DNA of 64,000 bases, taken from Octopus sinensis (lineage: Eukaryota). Shown in pieces: positions 23,851-38,315 of the stretch. The stretch spans positions 40,188,464 through 40,252,463 of the forward strand of contig NC_043011.1 in the NCBI RefSeq assembly GCF_006345805.1. The letters run 5' to 3'. Under the pieces are notes generated by a model. That model did not search any database, was not told the origin of the DNA, and saw only the letters and a program-made list of their open reading frames with translations. Numbering within the stretch: the stretch's first letter is position 1; the number at the start of each line of letters is the position of its first letter. A program made the position numbers and the translations under genes.

Positions 23851-26800
23851 ATCTATCTATCTATTCAAAAGTGCTGTAGAGGCAGTAGGCTTTGAATTAG
23901 AAATTATATTCAGATCTATGTGGCAGGTAAGTTATTTTAAGAGGAATGCCAATCTGAATTCAGTGTTACTTTTCCTATATCCCGGTTAACAGGATTTTAG
24001 GTGTGGCCCATAGCATTATCAATTATCAACAATACCATGTTTCTTTGTAGTATCTTTTCATTGCTGGACGAAAATGTGATGCAAATCACTGGGAAATTTT
24101 CTATTTTTCCCCAGAACTTTTGTTTTCATTGCAAATCACAGACACACTTGTCTTTCATAGCCACCTTTATTAATTCTAACATTTCTGAATGCTAACAAAG
24201 GATGTGTATTTGTGTGGGTATACATTATCTACTCTGTCCTTTCCTTATCTCTTAAGATGTAGGCTGTGTGTGGGAGATTTGGGTAAAAGTTTCCTTGTCC
24301 TGCTTGCATGGATCAGATAGAATTTGTTGAGGCAGATTTTCTGTGGCTGGATGTCCTTGCTCTTGCCAACCCTCTCCTGTTCCCAAGCAAGGTAATATTT
24401 CCCATGGTCAGACATTCTAAACAGAAGACTGGAAACAAACATGCTCATTTACAACCATCAAGACAAAGGTACACACAAACGTACATGTGCATGTGTGTGT
24501 ACACACACATTCAATTTCCATCTGCCAAATCCACTTGCAAGGATTTTGTCTGCCCATGGCTATATAATGGATAATTTTCCTAGGTCCTGTGCAAGATTTT
24601 GAATCACATAATAAATCAAAATGATTTACATAAATCAAAATTGATTTATATAAGTACTTCTTGATGTTACTCAAGATAACCATTTTGGCACCACTACCAT
24701 GGCTGAGTCTACTTCTGGTTCATTGATACAAAGTGCCTGATTTTAAAAGTGTTTATTTTAAAATTAAAATTCTACATGATAATTTTAAAGAAGAAAGTTT
24801 TGAAGTCTGGTTTCAGACACCAAATTAATAGAGTAATTTATTTTCCTATGCCTCTCCAGATGTTTGATTATTTTTATAATTAATTGAAACAGAGAAAAAT
24901 AGTTACAAAAGGGTTTTAAAAGCTAATTGGAATGGGTCAGCTTGTGTTAAATGTCAGTGAATATCAGGCTTTGCTTGTTTTACATCAGTTTTTCAACACT
25001 AGTGTGGGTTAATCGATTATATTATTGAGATACTGTTTGGTAGCCAGATGCCCTTCTCGGTTTTCCCTATGTTTTTGATGATGGTGAACCAATGACTGAT
25101 CAATTGACAGGAGAAATGACAGCAGCATCATTGCCTGTGGTGAAACGATTCTTTGTTAAGTACACATGTAAACAAACAAGCACACACTCTCTCACACAGG
25201 CATATCTGTATACATTATTATTTTGTCATCCACTTTCCCATTTTTGCATGGGTAGGACAGAGTTTGTTAGATCTGGTTTTCTACAGCTTGATGCCCTTCT
25301 CATTATGAACCCTTACCTGTTTCCAAGCAAAGTAATATTTCCCCATGGCTCTGTTTTTGCAGAATATTGGAAATGAATGACATACAACTTGTTTGATAGT
25401 TACCCCTTTACAACTCTCCCTCTCTCTCTCCTTTCAGTTTCCATCTATAAAATCCATTCATAATGACTTTGGTCAGTGTGGGGCCAGAAGAAAGTTGACA
25501 ACACTGCTGCTCAGCAGGACTAAATCCAAAGCCATATGGTTGGGATGCCAATTTCTTAATGATGCTTTTATACCTGTGCCAGGCTTACTGTGAAAATTAT
25601 TGTTTACATTTTTCTTGCATGAGTTGAAGGCTGAATTATATCCTCAAAGTTTTTACTGAATGTTTATTGCTATATTTGATTGATCCAACCTGTTAGATAC
25701 ACCCTTCTCAAATCACAACTATAAATTAAAGGGGTTGTTCAAAGTGCACGTGATCACATACATCTACACACAGACACACAGGCTCATTCGTGTCTGTGTG
25801 TGTGTGTATACATGCTCTTCCATATGTGCAATTATGTCTTTGGTCACTAAAGTGCATCTAGGTTCATTTCTGCACACATACAGCTGCTTACTCACTGGAT
25901 TATACTGCACTGTCTTATGCTGTACTTGCTCACTGGCTAAACTCACAGATTTACAGGCATTACTCGCAGGATTACGCTACGTTCACTCACCGGCTTATGT
26001 GCACTCACACGCAGGCTCGCATGCTCTTACTTGCAGAATTACACTGCACTCAGTCTTAAATGCACTCCCAGGCTTACTGGCGTTTACAGATTTTACAAGC
26101 ACTTACTGGCTTACATGCATCTCTTTTATGCACCCACACAAACATGTGCACACTTACCTCCACACAATTATCCTGACTGAGTGTTCATTCATGCAGTTAT
26201 ACACTACTTATCTACTCCTCAACCATATGCTGTTATATCCACTTACATAGATTTACATACAAATATAATCCTTTTGTTTCAATACCAAACATAACAGCAT
26301 TAGTGTAATTATTGTACATTAATGTGAAATTGCTTTAAATGGCCATGGGTAAATCTGGGTCCGCAACAATTTGCAGCTCTCATGCCAACAGGTCTCCAAG
26401 GTCTACAGTTAGAATATTTGCTACTACCAGCAATGTTTTCACTCTTGGTTGGCTTCATTCACCCAGGCTTGCATCTGTGGTTTCCATGCTCATTGATGGC
26501 TCGATTTACTCTCGAACTTGGAACGGGTGAAATGGACCACTCATCTTTTGATTGGAGGTAGCCATATATTGCATCCATTGCGATGCAACAAATGCACAGT
26601 TCCAAGTGGGCCACTGTAGGTAAGCAGAAGTGGTGGTGTAGGATGATAATGTGTGTATATCTTCATCATCAAATCACTTGCCTAAGGTGTCATGCAGCAG
26701 GACTGAAATTAAAACCATGTTGTTGGGAAGCAACCTTCTTAACTACACAGCTGTGCCACCACCTAAAGCAAGACATGTTAACAAATCAAAGATATCATGG

Positions 26801-29800
26801 GAGAAGCATTTTAATCAGTGACAATATATTATTGTTTCCTCACAAGTAGATGAGGCTGCTCCACCAGTGTTTTTGCTTTATTCTGACTTCTTCAGTGACG
26901 TATAGCTTCATAACTTACCTTAAGTAGTAGCAAATTAAGAACTAATGAGTATCGTAAACCATTTACAGAGAGAAATGAAATGTGTAATTGTTGGTATTGG
27001 AAACTAGAATTGTTTAAACAAAAGGCAATCCTGAGACACTATATCATCCACTTGATAAATAGGTAAGTGGGTATCACTTTCAGTGGTTTTGGATTACTGA
27101 CCTTTGGGTCACGAGTTCCTAACTTATATTGTGTTTTGTGCTTCTAGTTAAAGTACTTCGGAGTTATTTCATTGGCTTGTTGATTGTGTAGGTCATCATT
27201 TTACTACAAACCCTCTCAACGAGTGTCAGTCTTTCCTCAGTAATGTGCCGTTGATGTTGAAGGGTTAGCTGTATGAAAAGGTATCATTCAGCTCCTCATC
27301 ACCATCATTTCATGTTTGTTTTCCATGCTGGCATGGGTTGGACTGTAAAAAGTATTTGTTCCTGAAATTTGCAAAAAGAGAAGAAAAAAATCAAATTCTA
27401 TTATAGCTCTACACTTTGCCTTGTGAGTGAATTTGGTTGATGAAAACTATGTGGAAGCCTCTTGTGTGTAGGTGTGTATGAGTCTTAGCGTTTGTCCTCA
27501 CCACCATTTGATGGTGGTACTCGAGCATGGTCACAGTTCAGTGACTGGAAACTTGTGAAATTTAAGGATGCTAGTTGTTTAATCACAGGCTAATCCTCAT
27601 TGAGCAAGTCTATGATTAACACTATGTGACCATCCTGTCTATAGATGTTGTACCATCTAGTACATCCAGGAATACTTCTTTAAATTAGCCTTTTTTTTTA
27701 AAGAAGGATTGGTGTGATTTGAGGGAGATTTTGGCTGCCCTTTTTCAGTTGATTGAGTGACTATACTGAGGCACCTTTATAGGCTGTCTGAAAATGCATA
27801 ACTTTAAACTCTGGATCTTACATAATAGCTATATATAAGAGAATACAAAAACTGAATAATTTATCTAAAAGTACATCAACATCTAATTCTAGGAGTGTAT
27901 TGTCTTTAGTTTGTGCTGTGGTATATTATACCATCTTCCACTATTTCTTTTTTATCCCTCATATCTTTGTGTCTGTGTTGATGGATAGTTTTAAGTGAAC
28001 TGCTAGAGGAAGTATCTCTTATTAACTGGATTGTAACAGCTGTTTTTGTTAGACCAAGAAGGAACACCATAGTTTTTTGTTTTTCTTTTTTCAAACACCC
28101 TCTCATTGGAAATGTTGGAATTACAGTCTGGTAGTGAGAGTGTTTGTATGTTTTTTTTTCTTTCTTAATATTTAGCTAGACAAGGGAACCAAGCCACTTA
28201 ATCCCGCTGGTGTTTTTGTAGCTCTCAGGGAGAGAGAGAATAGGAACATTGCTGATTTGTAAGTTCAATAGAGTAAAACATTGTACTACTTCAGCTAATT
28301 TTATTCAGTAATGGTACAAGACACTTAATTGCTCTGATGTATTGACCTTGTTACATGTAATACGTAAACAAAAAGTGAATAAAATATTTTTGAATTTGTG
28401 TATTTTTGGTTGTGAGATGAGATTCCTTTCATTCATTTGTGATGAGTTGATGAACATACCCCCTTCCCCCTAAGGTGGTGAATTTAGAAAGCCTTGTTGA
28501 TAGAAGGGGTGTGGTTTTGGTAATTGGAGAAGCGGTTGCTTATTGAACTTCATTCGAGCAAAAGCATTTTAGCATAACGTTTATGAGCTAGTTTCCCTCT
28601 TGGGGGATTGGCATATTACAATTATACCAGGTGTGTTGGGGCTTCTTAACTCATGATTTTAACAGATGTATATTATTTCTCTTTCTCTATCATCATGTTG
28701 CAGAATTTTCACCTGGAGGAGTTAAGTTCAGAACATCATAATATGTAACGCCATAGCAACTGTGAATTACAACTTATCTTCAGGACAGTTTAAAGCAAGT
28801 AGACTTGCAATCAGCTGTTTCACTCTTGCCCCATATTGTCTTTTGATGTAACCAGGTCTATTATGTTTAATATGTACAAGTATTTTTTAAGACCATTGGG
28901 TGATATGTAAGGGAGATTTAGCTGCTCATGCAACTGCATAGAAGTTACCTCCTTGGTGAACTTTTTCTTTGAGAGTTACATTCTTGATAAGGACACTGCA
29001 CTTAGCTCATGACAGGGTGTAAAATTTTAGCCCTTCAACTAGTGGATGCCCAAAGATTTATTTGGACAGGATCTTCTGACCTTTTTCTGGGCCTCTGAGA
29101 CTGGGGACAGGGAGTTGTCCTAACACTAGAGATCTTTCAGCAGTGGTTTCTCCTAAAAACACTTGTGAACTGAGTAGGGGTATTAGACTGAGAGCTGGAT
29201 AATTTTATCCACACCCCAGAGTTTCATAGTCCCCTGGTTAAAATGTTTTTTACTGTCATCAGTTCCTAACTTGTGTATAATAGGTTTCCAGCATTTCATT
29301 TCTTGATTATGTATCTATTATGGGATCTTGTCTTTTACATTATTGTGTGGCCTATAAATATTAATTCTTCTTTTTATTTTAAATTATTTTAGCCCTTCAT
29401 GACTGTATTTTCAATGAAATACACTGCCTGTATTTTTGTACTAGTTTTCAAAATAGAGAATTTGGAGAGATTTCTTAAATAAGTTTTCTAAAAACAATTT
29501 TTTTTATTATTAAGCCAATGTTTGAAACCTGATGTAACTAAATGTTCATATCTAAAGTACTGATGTAAGGTTTTAATTTTAAAAAAGGGATATTTAAATT
29601 GCTAATAACTGTTAATAAGTTAAATTAAACCTTCCAATTATGAAAGGCTTAATAAAATGTTGAATTTTGTATCGTAGGACTGGAAACAGTTTCAGGCAGG
29701 TTGGAATGAAGAAAGGGATAAATGAATTTGGTAGCACAGTGAATAATAAATTTGATTGAATTGACCCCAGCATATTACTACATTCGTTTCTATGGCTGTT

Positions 29801-30339
29801 TTTCCATGCTACTATGAGTTGGAAGAATACATGTAAGAGCATTACTTTACAGTCAGATACCCTTGTTGCTAACCCTTCACTGAATTTCATGTAAGTTTGA
29901 AAACATAGCACTGTTGAATGATTTGTAAAAAATCTCAACAAAATTCACTGCTTTTTATTCAACACTTTTCATGTTAAGTTGCAGATAGTAGTCTTTCTCT
30001 CTTTCTCTCTCTTTCTCTCTCTCTCACTCTCTCTCACACACACATGTATGTATATGTGTGGGTACATACCCATTGTATTGCAGGCTTCCATACAGTTTCA
30101 ATCTACCAATTTCACTCACAAGGCATTTGTTAGTCTGAGAGTCTGAAGCTACAACAGGAAACACTTAACTAAGGTACCTTGCACTAAAATAGAATTTAAT
30201 ATTCCATGGCAAGAAATTGAACTCTGTATTTACACAGCCTTACTTATTTTTCACCATCAGCAAATGAAAATAAAAGCTCATATCAACAGGATTTGAATTT
30301 TGGACAGTAAGGTACCAAATTGGATGTAAACAGTAAAAC

Positions 30340-31085
30340 ATGTACAAGTTTTGAGACTTTTCAAGTGAGACATTAATTTCAAATAAGTACAAAACCCTAA
30401 TCTCCTTCGAAGTAGGATCTTCTGGTTTCAGTACACTTGTGTAATGCTCCAACCACTCTACAAAGGTCTCATGGAAGACCTCCCATGTGAAGGTGTGTCA
30501 CGGCTCCTTCAGCTTGAGGAACAACTGACAGTCATAGGGAGAAAGGTCTGGACTGGAGAATTGATGAGGAACAGTTTCGATGCCATCTCTGTCAAATAGT
30601 TGGTTATCAGGATGGAATTGTAGACTAGTGCATTTTCCTTGTGCAGGTGCCACCAACCCTAATGGTGGTGGTGGTGGTGGTGCCCTGGCCTTTTCTGGCA
30701 AAATCTCTTCCTGAACAGCTTTGAAACACGCACAAGATACTCTTTGTTGACTCTCTGGCCAGACAGACTCCAGTGAATGTGGATGATCCCTTTGCTGTTG
30801 AAAAGGGTATCACCATAGGATTCTTGGACTTACTTTGCTAAGGCTCTTTTGCGTCAGTGTAAAACAGATGCTTGGCTGATACATGTTAATCCATGAGCAG
30901 TCTTGAGCATTTCATAAGTTTGTATAGTATTTTTTATCTGGTTTAACTCCTAACCTTATTTAATAGTCTGCTTCCAAATTGTCTTCACGTCTGACTGCAA
31001 ACTAATCAGCTGTGACAAGCAGTGTTTAACTGGGCATGTTCAAAGTTCTGCTACAGATGTCTCCTTCAATCTGAAATAACAAAAG
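30340..31085 (-). mobile_element. Mariner (DD34D-type) transposon relic, internally deleted transposase pseudogene
   Basis: Minus strand encodes an N-terminal HTH-like segment (KNTIQTYEMLKTAHGLTCISQASV), then FNSKGIIHIHW..GQRVNKEY..FRKRFCQKRP, WWHLHKENALVYNS (cf. HHDNAPxH) and GIETVPHQFSSPDLSPYDCQLFLKLK (cf. HPPYSPDLAPxD). Stops and frameshifts are present. Confidence 0.85.
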
Positions 31086-31143
31086 TTAGCAGGTCAGTAA
31101 TGTATAATAATGATATCATAAAATTAGAATAATCAAGGACATA

Positions 31144-31540
31144 GGCGCAGGCGTGGCTGTGTGGTAAGAAGCTTGCTTCCCAACCACATGGTTCCTGGTT
31201 CAGTTCCACTGCGTGACACCTTGGGCAAGTGTCTTCTACTTTAGCCTTGGGCTGACTAAAGCCTTGTCAGTGGATTTGGTTGATGGAAACTGAAAGAAGC
31301 CTGCCATATACATATATATATATATGTATATATGTGTGTGTTTGTGTCTGTCTCTCTACCATCGCTTGACAACTGATGTTGGTGTGTTTACGTCCCCCAT
31401 AACTTAGCGGTTCGGCGAAAGTGACTGATAGAATAAGTACCAGGCTTACAAAGAGTGAGTCCAGGTATCGGTTTCTTCAACTAAAAGGCAGTACTGCAGC
31501 ATGTCCACACTCAAAATGATTGAAACAAGTAAAAGAGAGG
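31144..31540 (+). mobile_element. tRNA-derived SINE family B, tail type 1, near full length
   Basis: A-box-like TGGCTGTGTGG, B-box-like GGTTCAGTTCC, core CCTTGGGCAAGTGTCTTCTAC, internal (TA)n(TG)n, and tail ending GAAACAAGTAAAAGAG. Other copies at about 52100-52457 (+) and 59382-59702 (-). Confidence 0.8.
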
Positions 31541-34269
31541 ACAGTTATAACTGCCTCTCCTAAAAAAGTCTTAAAACTTCTGGAACGCACTTCGTACATT
31601 TTACTGTCTTAGATAGCCGTCATCCTTAGATTCTTCCTCATTATTGCCAGTTAATATAGGATTGGTGCTAGAAGTAGGAATTTATAAAGGAAAATAGTGT
31701 ACATGGGCTTGGTAAGGAGAATATTAGATATCATACCACTTTTAATTAGCATTATTACTTACTATGTAATAGTAGTTACTGTGTCTCGTTAACTTAACCG
31801 TTTACACCCTTTCCAGTCTCTGATAACCTCATTGAGATCTACCACATTCTTCAGTGAGAAATAACTACAAAGGCCAGGCTTCCTCTTCATAGGCTGAAAT
31901 ACTTTAGTCTTGGTCTATTACTAACACTTCAAAAAGTATAAATAAGATTTACAGTACTATAGTACTATTCACATATCTAGTATATATGTTCATTCCATGA
32001 TTTTGTACAGTTTTTCCAGTGTTTTGCCAGTATGGATTAAAGGGACTGATTTACTCTTTACTTGGCTAAAGACATGATTGTCTGTGTTAACATCTGTCAG
32101 TGGAGTCAACAAAGAAGTCTCTGTCTCTGGTCGATCGATTTGTTGGAAAAAGCAGTCGAGTCTCTCAAACATTCATCTTATCGTCTTCAAAAAATGAACA
32201 CATTGGATAAATTTGACTGTAAGTGCACTCTGTCTGGGAAAAGATGGAATAATCACAACTGGAATACCTTTAACTGTAAGTCTGCTTTAGAGTTAAACAT
32301 CTCTCAATGTAAAAAAAACAGAAGTGCTAATAATTCCAACAGTGACTAACGAAACAAAATTTAAATCCTATTTTGTGCATGCATTCATAATATCTGATAT
32401 TAAGGAGATTAGGGACTTGTAAGTTTTGTGTTCTTGATTTTGGTCTTTTTCCTGGTTGTCACTCTTTTTTACACACACATATATGCACATCCATTCACAA
32501 TCACTGATTGTGCCTGAGAGTAAGTTGGGGTGGAGTTTTCTATGGCCTGATGCCCTTCCTAATGCCAACTCTCACCCATTTCCGAGCAAGGAAATAATTT
32601 TCCAGTCTGCGAAATAATAAGCAGCCTAAGTAGGGTTGTGTGGAAGAATGGAAGCAAATGACACCAGTTAAGCAAGCTTTTTGTTTACAAACATTGTGCG
32701 ACACGGCAAGAAGCTGAGACATGCTTCTGCAGTGGGCACTGTTTGCTTACAATGATATTGTTTACAACCAGTGAACATACATAGAGGCAAGGAGGAAATA
32801 TATACATGCATCATGTATATACATACATATATATACGACAGACTTCTTTCAATTTCCATCTACCGAATCCACTCAAGTCTTTGATTGACCTAAGACTAAT
32901 AGTAGAAAACCTTTGCCCATGGTGCCACACATTGGGACTGATCTAATTACCATTCTTGGAATCTTATATCGACAGAATTTTGTTGAATTTCTGCAGCCAG
33001 TTGTGCTTTCTGTTGCTAATCCTCGCCTTTTTCCGGGTAAGGGAATATCTCCCCATGATCGCGTATTTTTCACAGGGGACTAGAATTGGCCGATATTGCT
33101 TGTATGATGGTGAGTCTCATTTGCAACCACCACATGCTGTCAGAATTAGAGGACACATACATACATCAGGCTTCTTCTAGTTATCAGCTATTTAATCAGA
33201 GCACAAGACTTTTCTCGGTCCGAGGCTAGAGTAGAAAATACTTGAAGGTGCTGTGCAGTGGAACTGGAATTGAACATGGGACCACATAATTGGGAAGCAA
33301 GTTTCTCAACTACACAGTCGTTCTTGCATCTATCTATCTATCTGTCTGTCTTGTGTGTAATATCATCATCATCATTTAACGTCCGTTCTCCATGCTAGCA
33401 TGGGTTGGACGGTTCGACCAGGGATCTGGGAAGCCAGAAGGCTGCACCAGGCTCCAGTCTTATCTGGCAATGTTTCTACAGCTGGATGCCCTTCCTAACG
33501 CCAACCACTCCGTGAGTGTAGTGGGTGCTTTTTACGTGCCACCTGCATATATATATAATATAAATATCTTAAAATGATGATTGAAGCAAATGTTCTTGGG
33601 GAAGAAGCTAATATTTTTTGTATCTCGCTTCATTCAGCGAGACAAGAAAAGCAAAACTAGATCAATAAATTCAGTGTGGAATACAGCCCCCACATTGAAA
33701 ATGGGTTTTGCATCTGCTTTTATTCCCTTTCATATTATAGCCCTTTGTGCCACTGACTCAAGTATTAAGGAGTGGCAGTTCTTGCAAATTTTTTACTCAG
33801 ACCTCATAATGTTTAAAAAGTTTGATTCTTAATTACTAGGTTTTTGAGTTTAGTCCCATTGCATGACACCTTAAGCAAGTGTTTTCTGCCTTAATCTCAA
33901 GTTGTTTCAAGCTTTCAAGTGTAATCAGGTGGGCGCCTAGTTATGTCATATTGAGTCTGTTTATTATGATTGTTATGACCAGAATTCTCTTGGACACTTT
34001 CAGCCGTCATCATTTAGCATCCACTTTTCTATGCGTGCATAGGTCAGACTGAATTTGTCGAGGTGGATTTTCTACAGCCCGATGCTCTTGTCATCAGCCC
34101 TCACCTGTTTCCCAGTAATGCAATATATCCCTAAGACTAGACATGTTTTCAACAAAGATTGGAAACAGAGGACAGGATACTTCTTGCATGATGGTGACAT
34201 TCATTTACAACTAGCATATGAAGTCAAAGTAAGGAAACTGTAGCACACACGCGATATATATATACACAT

Positions 34270-34562
34270 AGCTCTGGTTAGAGCGTCGAACTTACAATCG
34301 TGAGGTTGTATGTTCAGTTTCTGAACCAGGCTGTGTGGTTTTGTTCTTGAGCAAGACACTTTATTTTATGTGGCTCCAGTTCAGTCAGCTGTAGAAATGA
34401 GTTGCAGCATCACTGGTACTCAGCTCTATTAGCATTTGCTTTTGCCTTGAACAACATTGGTGATATGGAGAGGCGAGATTGGTATGAATGGATAACTGAT
34501 GGTCTTCCACAAAGAACCTTACCTGAACTTCTGCCTCGGTGGGGAACTTTCTGGGTGCAATA
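34270..34562 (+). mobile_element. tRNA-derived SINE, further family
   Basis: Head TGGTTAGAGCGTCGAACTTACAATCGTGAGGTTG..TGTTCAGTTTC followed by TGTTCTTGAGCAAGACACTT. A related head lies in opposite orientation at about 34770-34870. Confidence 0.6.
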
Positions 34563-37500
34563 CCTATACATATATATATATATGATGGACTCTCCCGTTG
34601 TTAGATGAAGGTTCAACAATTTCTTACCAAGCCACCGCACAGATGATTTGTTTATAGTGATCAAATGTTTGTGTACACATAAGCTCACTTCCTCCATGAG
34701 ATTGACATTACCTGTACAAGTGTAGCGGGTGCTACATGTCTGATGTCAAAATGATTACAGAGCACTGTGAAATGAATTGCTTTGCTCAAGAACACAACGC
34801 CCATCTGGGAATCAAGCCCATGATCTTGCAATCATGAGTGGAACACCTTAACCACAAAGCCATGCACCTTAACCACACACACACACACATATGTACAATA
34901 GGGCTTTCAATTTCTGTCTCCCAAACCTATCCACAAGACCTTGGTTTAGGGCTATTGTAGAAGACACTTGCTTAAGGTGCCATGCAGTAGGACTGAACCC
35001 AAAACCTTGTGGTAGGGAAGCAAGCTTTTTATCAGACAGCCTCATCTGCACTTTTTCGTTTAATTAACCTTGAAAATAAAGAATTTAACGAAATATTGAA
35101 GATTTACTGAGGTCATGTGTGAGAGTTCAGTGTTCCCCTAACATGGAATAAGATCAGGGGACATTTGTAGTACAGTGTCTTGTAGACCTGATAAGCATAT
35201 CCCAGCATACAAAATTTGACAACATAAGGCAAAGATATTCTTGCAACAGCACTGAATTTACTTTAAAATGGAATATTGATCTGATGTAGGTTATAACAGT
35301 GTTTATTGGGGAGTTCGTATGAAGAATTATATCCTTTTTTTGTTTTCAGCATTACAATTTAATCTCCTAACACTTGATCCTGAGAGATCTCATTGGATTT
35401 AGAAGCTTGAAATAAATCTTAGTGCATAAAGGGTCAAAATATTTCGTTTGTTTATTGTCCGTTTTTCAATGCTAGTATGAGTTAGATGTGATTATTTAAG
35501 GCAGCATTTTGAGACTGGATGCCCTTCCTGTTGCAAACCCTTGACTGGTTTTCAAGTATGGGGTCTTTTATTCTGCCAGTGTTTGAAATCACAAAGCAGC
35601 CAGTAACATATATAAGGAATGTCAACATTCACATGTGTGCGCACACAAATGCACATGAGTGCGTGATGAGCTTCCATGCAGTTTTAAATAGCGACATGAC
35701 ACATGCATACTGAAAAAAAAGCTCTTACGAGGCTATGCCTTTGTTAACAGCTGTATATATTCTTTTATGTTGACAAAAATTTTCACTCCCTGCCATAAAT
35801 CAAACCCAAAGTGTTAACTTTACAAGACTTGGTTTGCAATAGAGGAAAATTGCTAAATAGTACTTAGGACTGCAACAATACTACAGAAATACTTGAAGTT
35901 GTTGTACTTGGTATCTATGATAGTAGGTGGTAAAAATTAGATAATGGAAATGGCGTAGGCTGATTAACAATCTGTACTTCAAGTTAGCCATGTCAGCCAA
36001 ACCGCTTGTGATGGTTTTTATTTTTATGACAAAGAATTATTAGAAATTCATTGTAACTTTTTTAATAAGCAGTATTATGCTTTATTTCAGTTAATCAAAA
36101 ACTGGGTTTCTTTGTACTGAAAATAAATATAATGTAAAATTGAGTAGAATGTATCTAGTAGGACGTAAATACATTAATGTGATTGTTTCATACTCTCCTT
36201 AACTCTCTTGTAAGTAAGTTGAGCATGTTATTTGCATGAATTCTTGGAGTTTAAATTTTTTTAGTTTCCTAAGCTTTCTCAAAGGTTTCATAAGGGAGTG
36301 ATAGTAGTTTTGGCATAGACTGGTGTAATATGTGTGATTTACGTATTGTATTTGGTGGCATAAAAGATGCACAGACATGTTAGATGCATCTCAATTTCAG
36401 CAATGCACATTCAAGGGAAAAAGGTTTTTTGTGCATTCTGAATGCAATGTTTATTTATTCACATTGTTTTGAATTAATTATGCATTATCTCATAGCTTTG
36501 AGATTTTGATGCTGTGATTGTTTTTTTTTTTTTTTTAGAATGACATTGTAGAGTAGGTGTGATATGCCAAATCCGGTTAGTTTGGACATAAAACTGATAA
36601 AATATTTTGGATGCATTTGACCAGTTTAAATGCTAATGAGTTAAAGTATGTCTTATGGGCTTCACTTTGCATATAGGAGCCAGTGTGGGATTTTGTTTTT
36701 CTTTTTAGAGAGAGAATATTTTGGTAAAATGTCTTATATATGCCATTGAATATGGTAATTAGACAACAATTCAGAAAAAGAAAGAAGAAACTCTTAGACT
36801 CTTTTAAAACACCTTAACCTTTCTCTCAATATGGAACTGATACTCTGTGAGCTCTGTCTTTAGTCTTTTCCCCTTCATTACCCTGAATTTGGCGCCTTCC
36901 ATGCTTGTATATTTTCTGACCTCAACTAAACCTCTATTTGATGCTGATTGTATATAGTAGCTTCACATTTTCACCATCTTACCAAACTTACTACATAAAC
37001 CTTTTCCCTTGCTGTATTCTTCTGGGATTTTTGTGAGCCACCTCCCCTCCTTCCATTTGCTGAATTATTCAATTTTATTTTGAACTGTAAGCTGTTCAAG
37101 CAAAATTAATATGATTTAGCAGCTAATCTCCTCATGCTCTCTCCATTTAAGACTGTGCTAGATATATATCAGGAAGTGGGAAAATCCTCTATACTTAAAA
37201 TTCCTTAAGTTGTTGTAACTAAGTGAATTTGGACTTCATAATCATTCATATCCTCTCTCTCTCTTGTGTGGCATGGGTGGGTGTGCGAGATATTTCTTGG
37301 TAAGGATAAGATGGATTTATATTGCTAGTTTGACTAAGTATACAGCAGTGGTTCTTAACCCTTTTTTTTTTGTGGCCCCTTTTAAGTAGTTGTTAAGCCT
37401 AACCCCCATCTTAATGGCGAGTGTGGGATCATGACTAAACTAACTTAACATGGATAATAATTTATAAATTTTACTCAAAAGATGGATTGTATAAGCTTTT

Positions 37501-37671
37501 AACCTTCACAGTATCCTCTCTTCTTGGAGAGTTTGGGAGTGGTACCACCCATATTGAGAATCCTGAGAATTCCCTAGAAACTAAATGTCCAAGAATTATT
37601 TCCTGTGAGTAAAACTAGGGATGTGAAGTGGGGGAGGAGGAGTAGTAGAATTCTGCTGAATGAATATATTC

Positions 37672-38267
37672 TTTTACTCTTTTACTTGTTTCAGTAATTT
37701 GACTGTGGCCATACTGGAGCATCGCCTTTAGTCGAGCAAACTGACCCCAGGACTTATTCTTTGTAAACCTAGTACTTATTCTTATTTCTTTATTGCCCAC
37801 AGGGGGCTAAACAGAGGGGACAAACAAGGACCGACAAAGGGATTAAATCGACCCCAGTGCGTAACTGGTACTTAATTTATCGATCCTTTCAGGATCGATA
37901 AATTTGAACTCAGAATGTAGCGGCAGACAAAATACCTATTTCTTTACTACCCACAAGGGGCTTAACACAGAGATATCAAACAAGGACAGACAAACGGATT
38001 AAGTCGATTATATCGACCCCAGTGCGTAACTGGTACTTAATTTATCGACCCCAAAAGGATGAAAGGCAAAGTCGACCTCGGCAGAATTTGAACTCAGAAC
38101 GAAACAGCAGACGAAATATGGCTACGCATTTCGCCCGGCATGCTGATGTTTCTGCCAGCTCGCCGCCTTCGCCTAATACTTATTCTATCGGTGTCTTTTG
38201 CCAAACCGCTAGATTACAGGGACGTAAACACACCAGCATTGGCTGTCAAGCGATGTTGTGGGGACAA

Positions 38268-38315
<48 letters not shown>

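Noticed and set aside
25735-26250. 171-aa ORF
   Set aside because: Degenerate CA/CACT-rich repeat sequence with no domain or convincing splice context.
30498-30701. Proline-run ORF as a host gene
   Set aside because: Off-frame and in-frame pieces of the mariner transposase relic plus a (CCA)n microsatellite.
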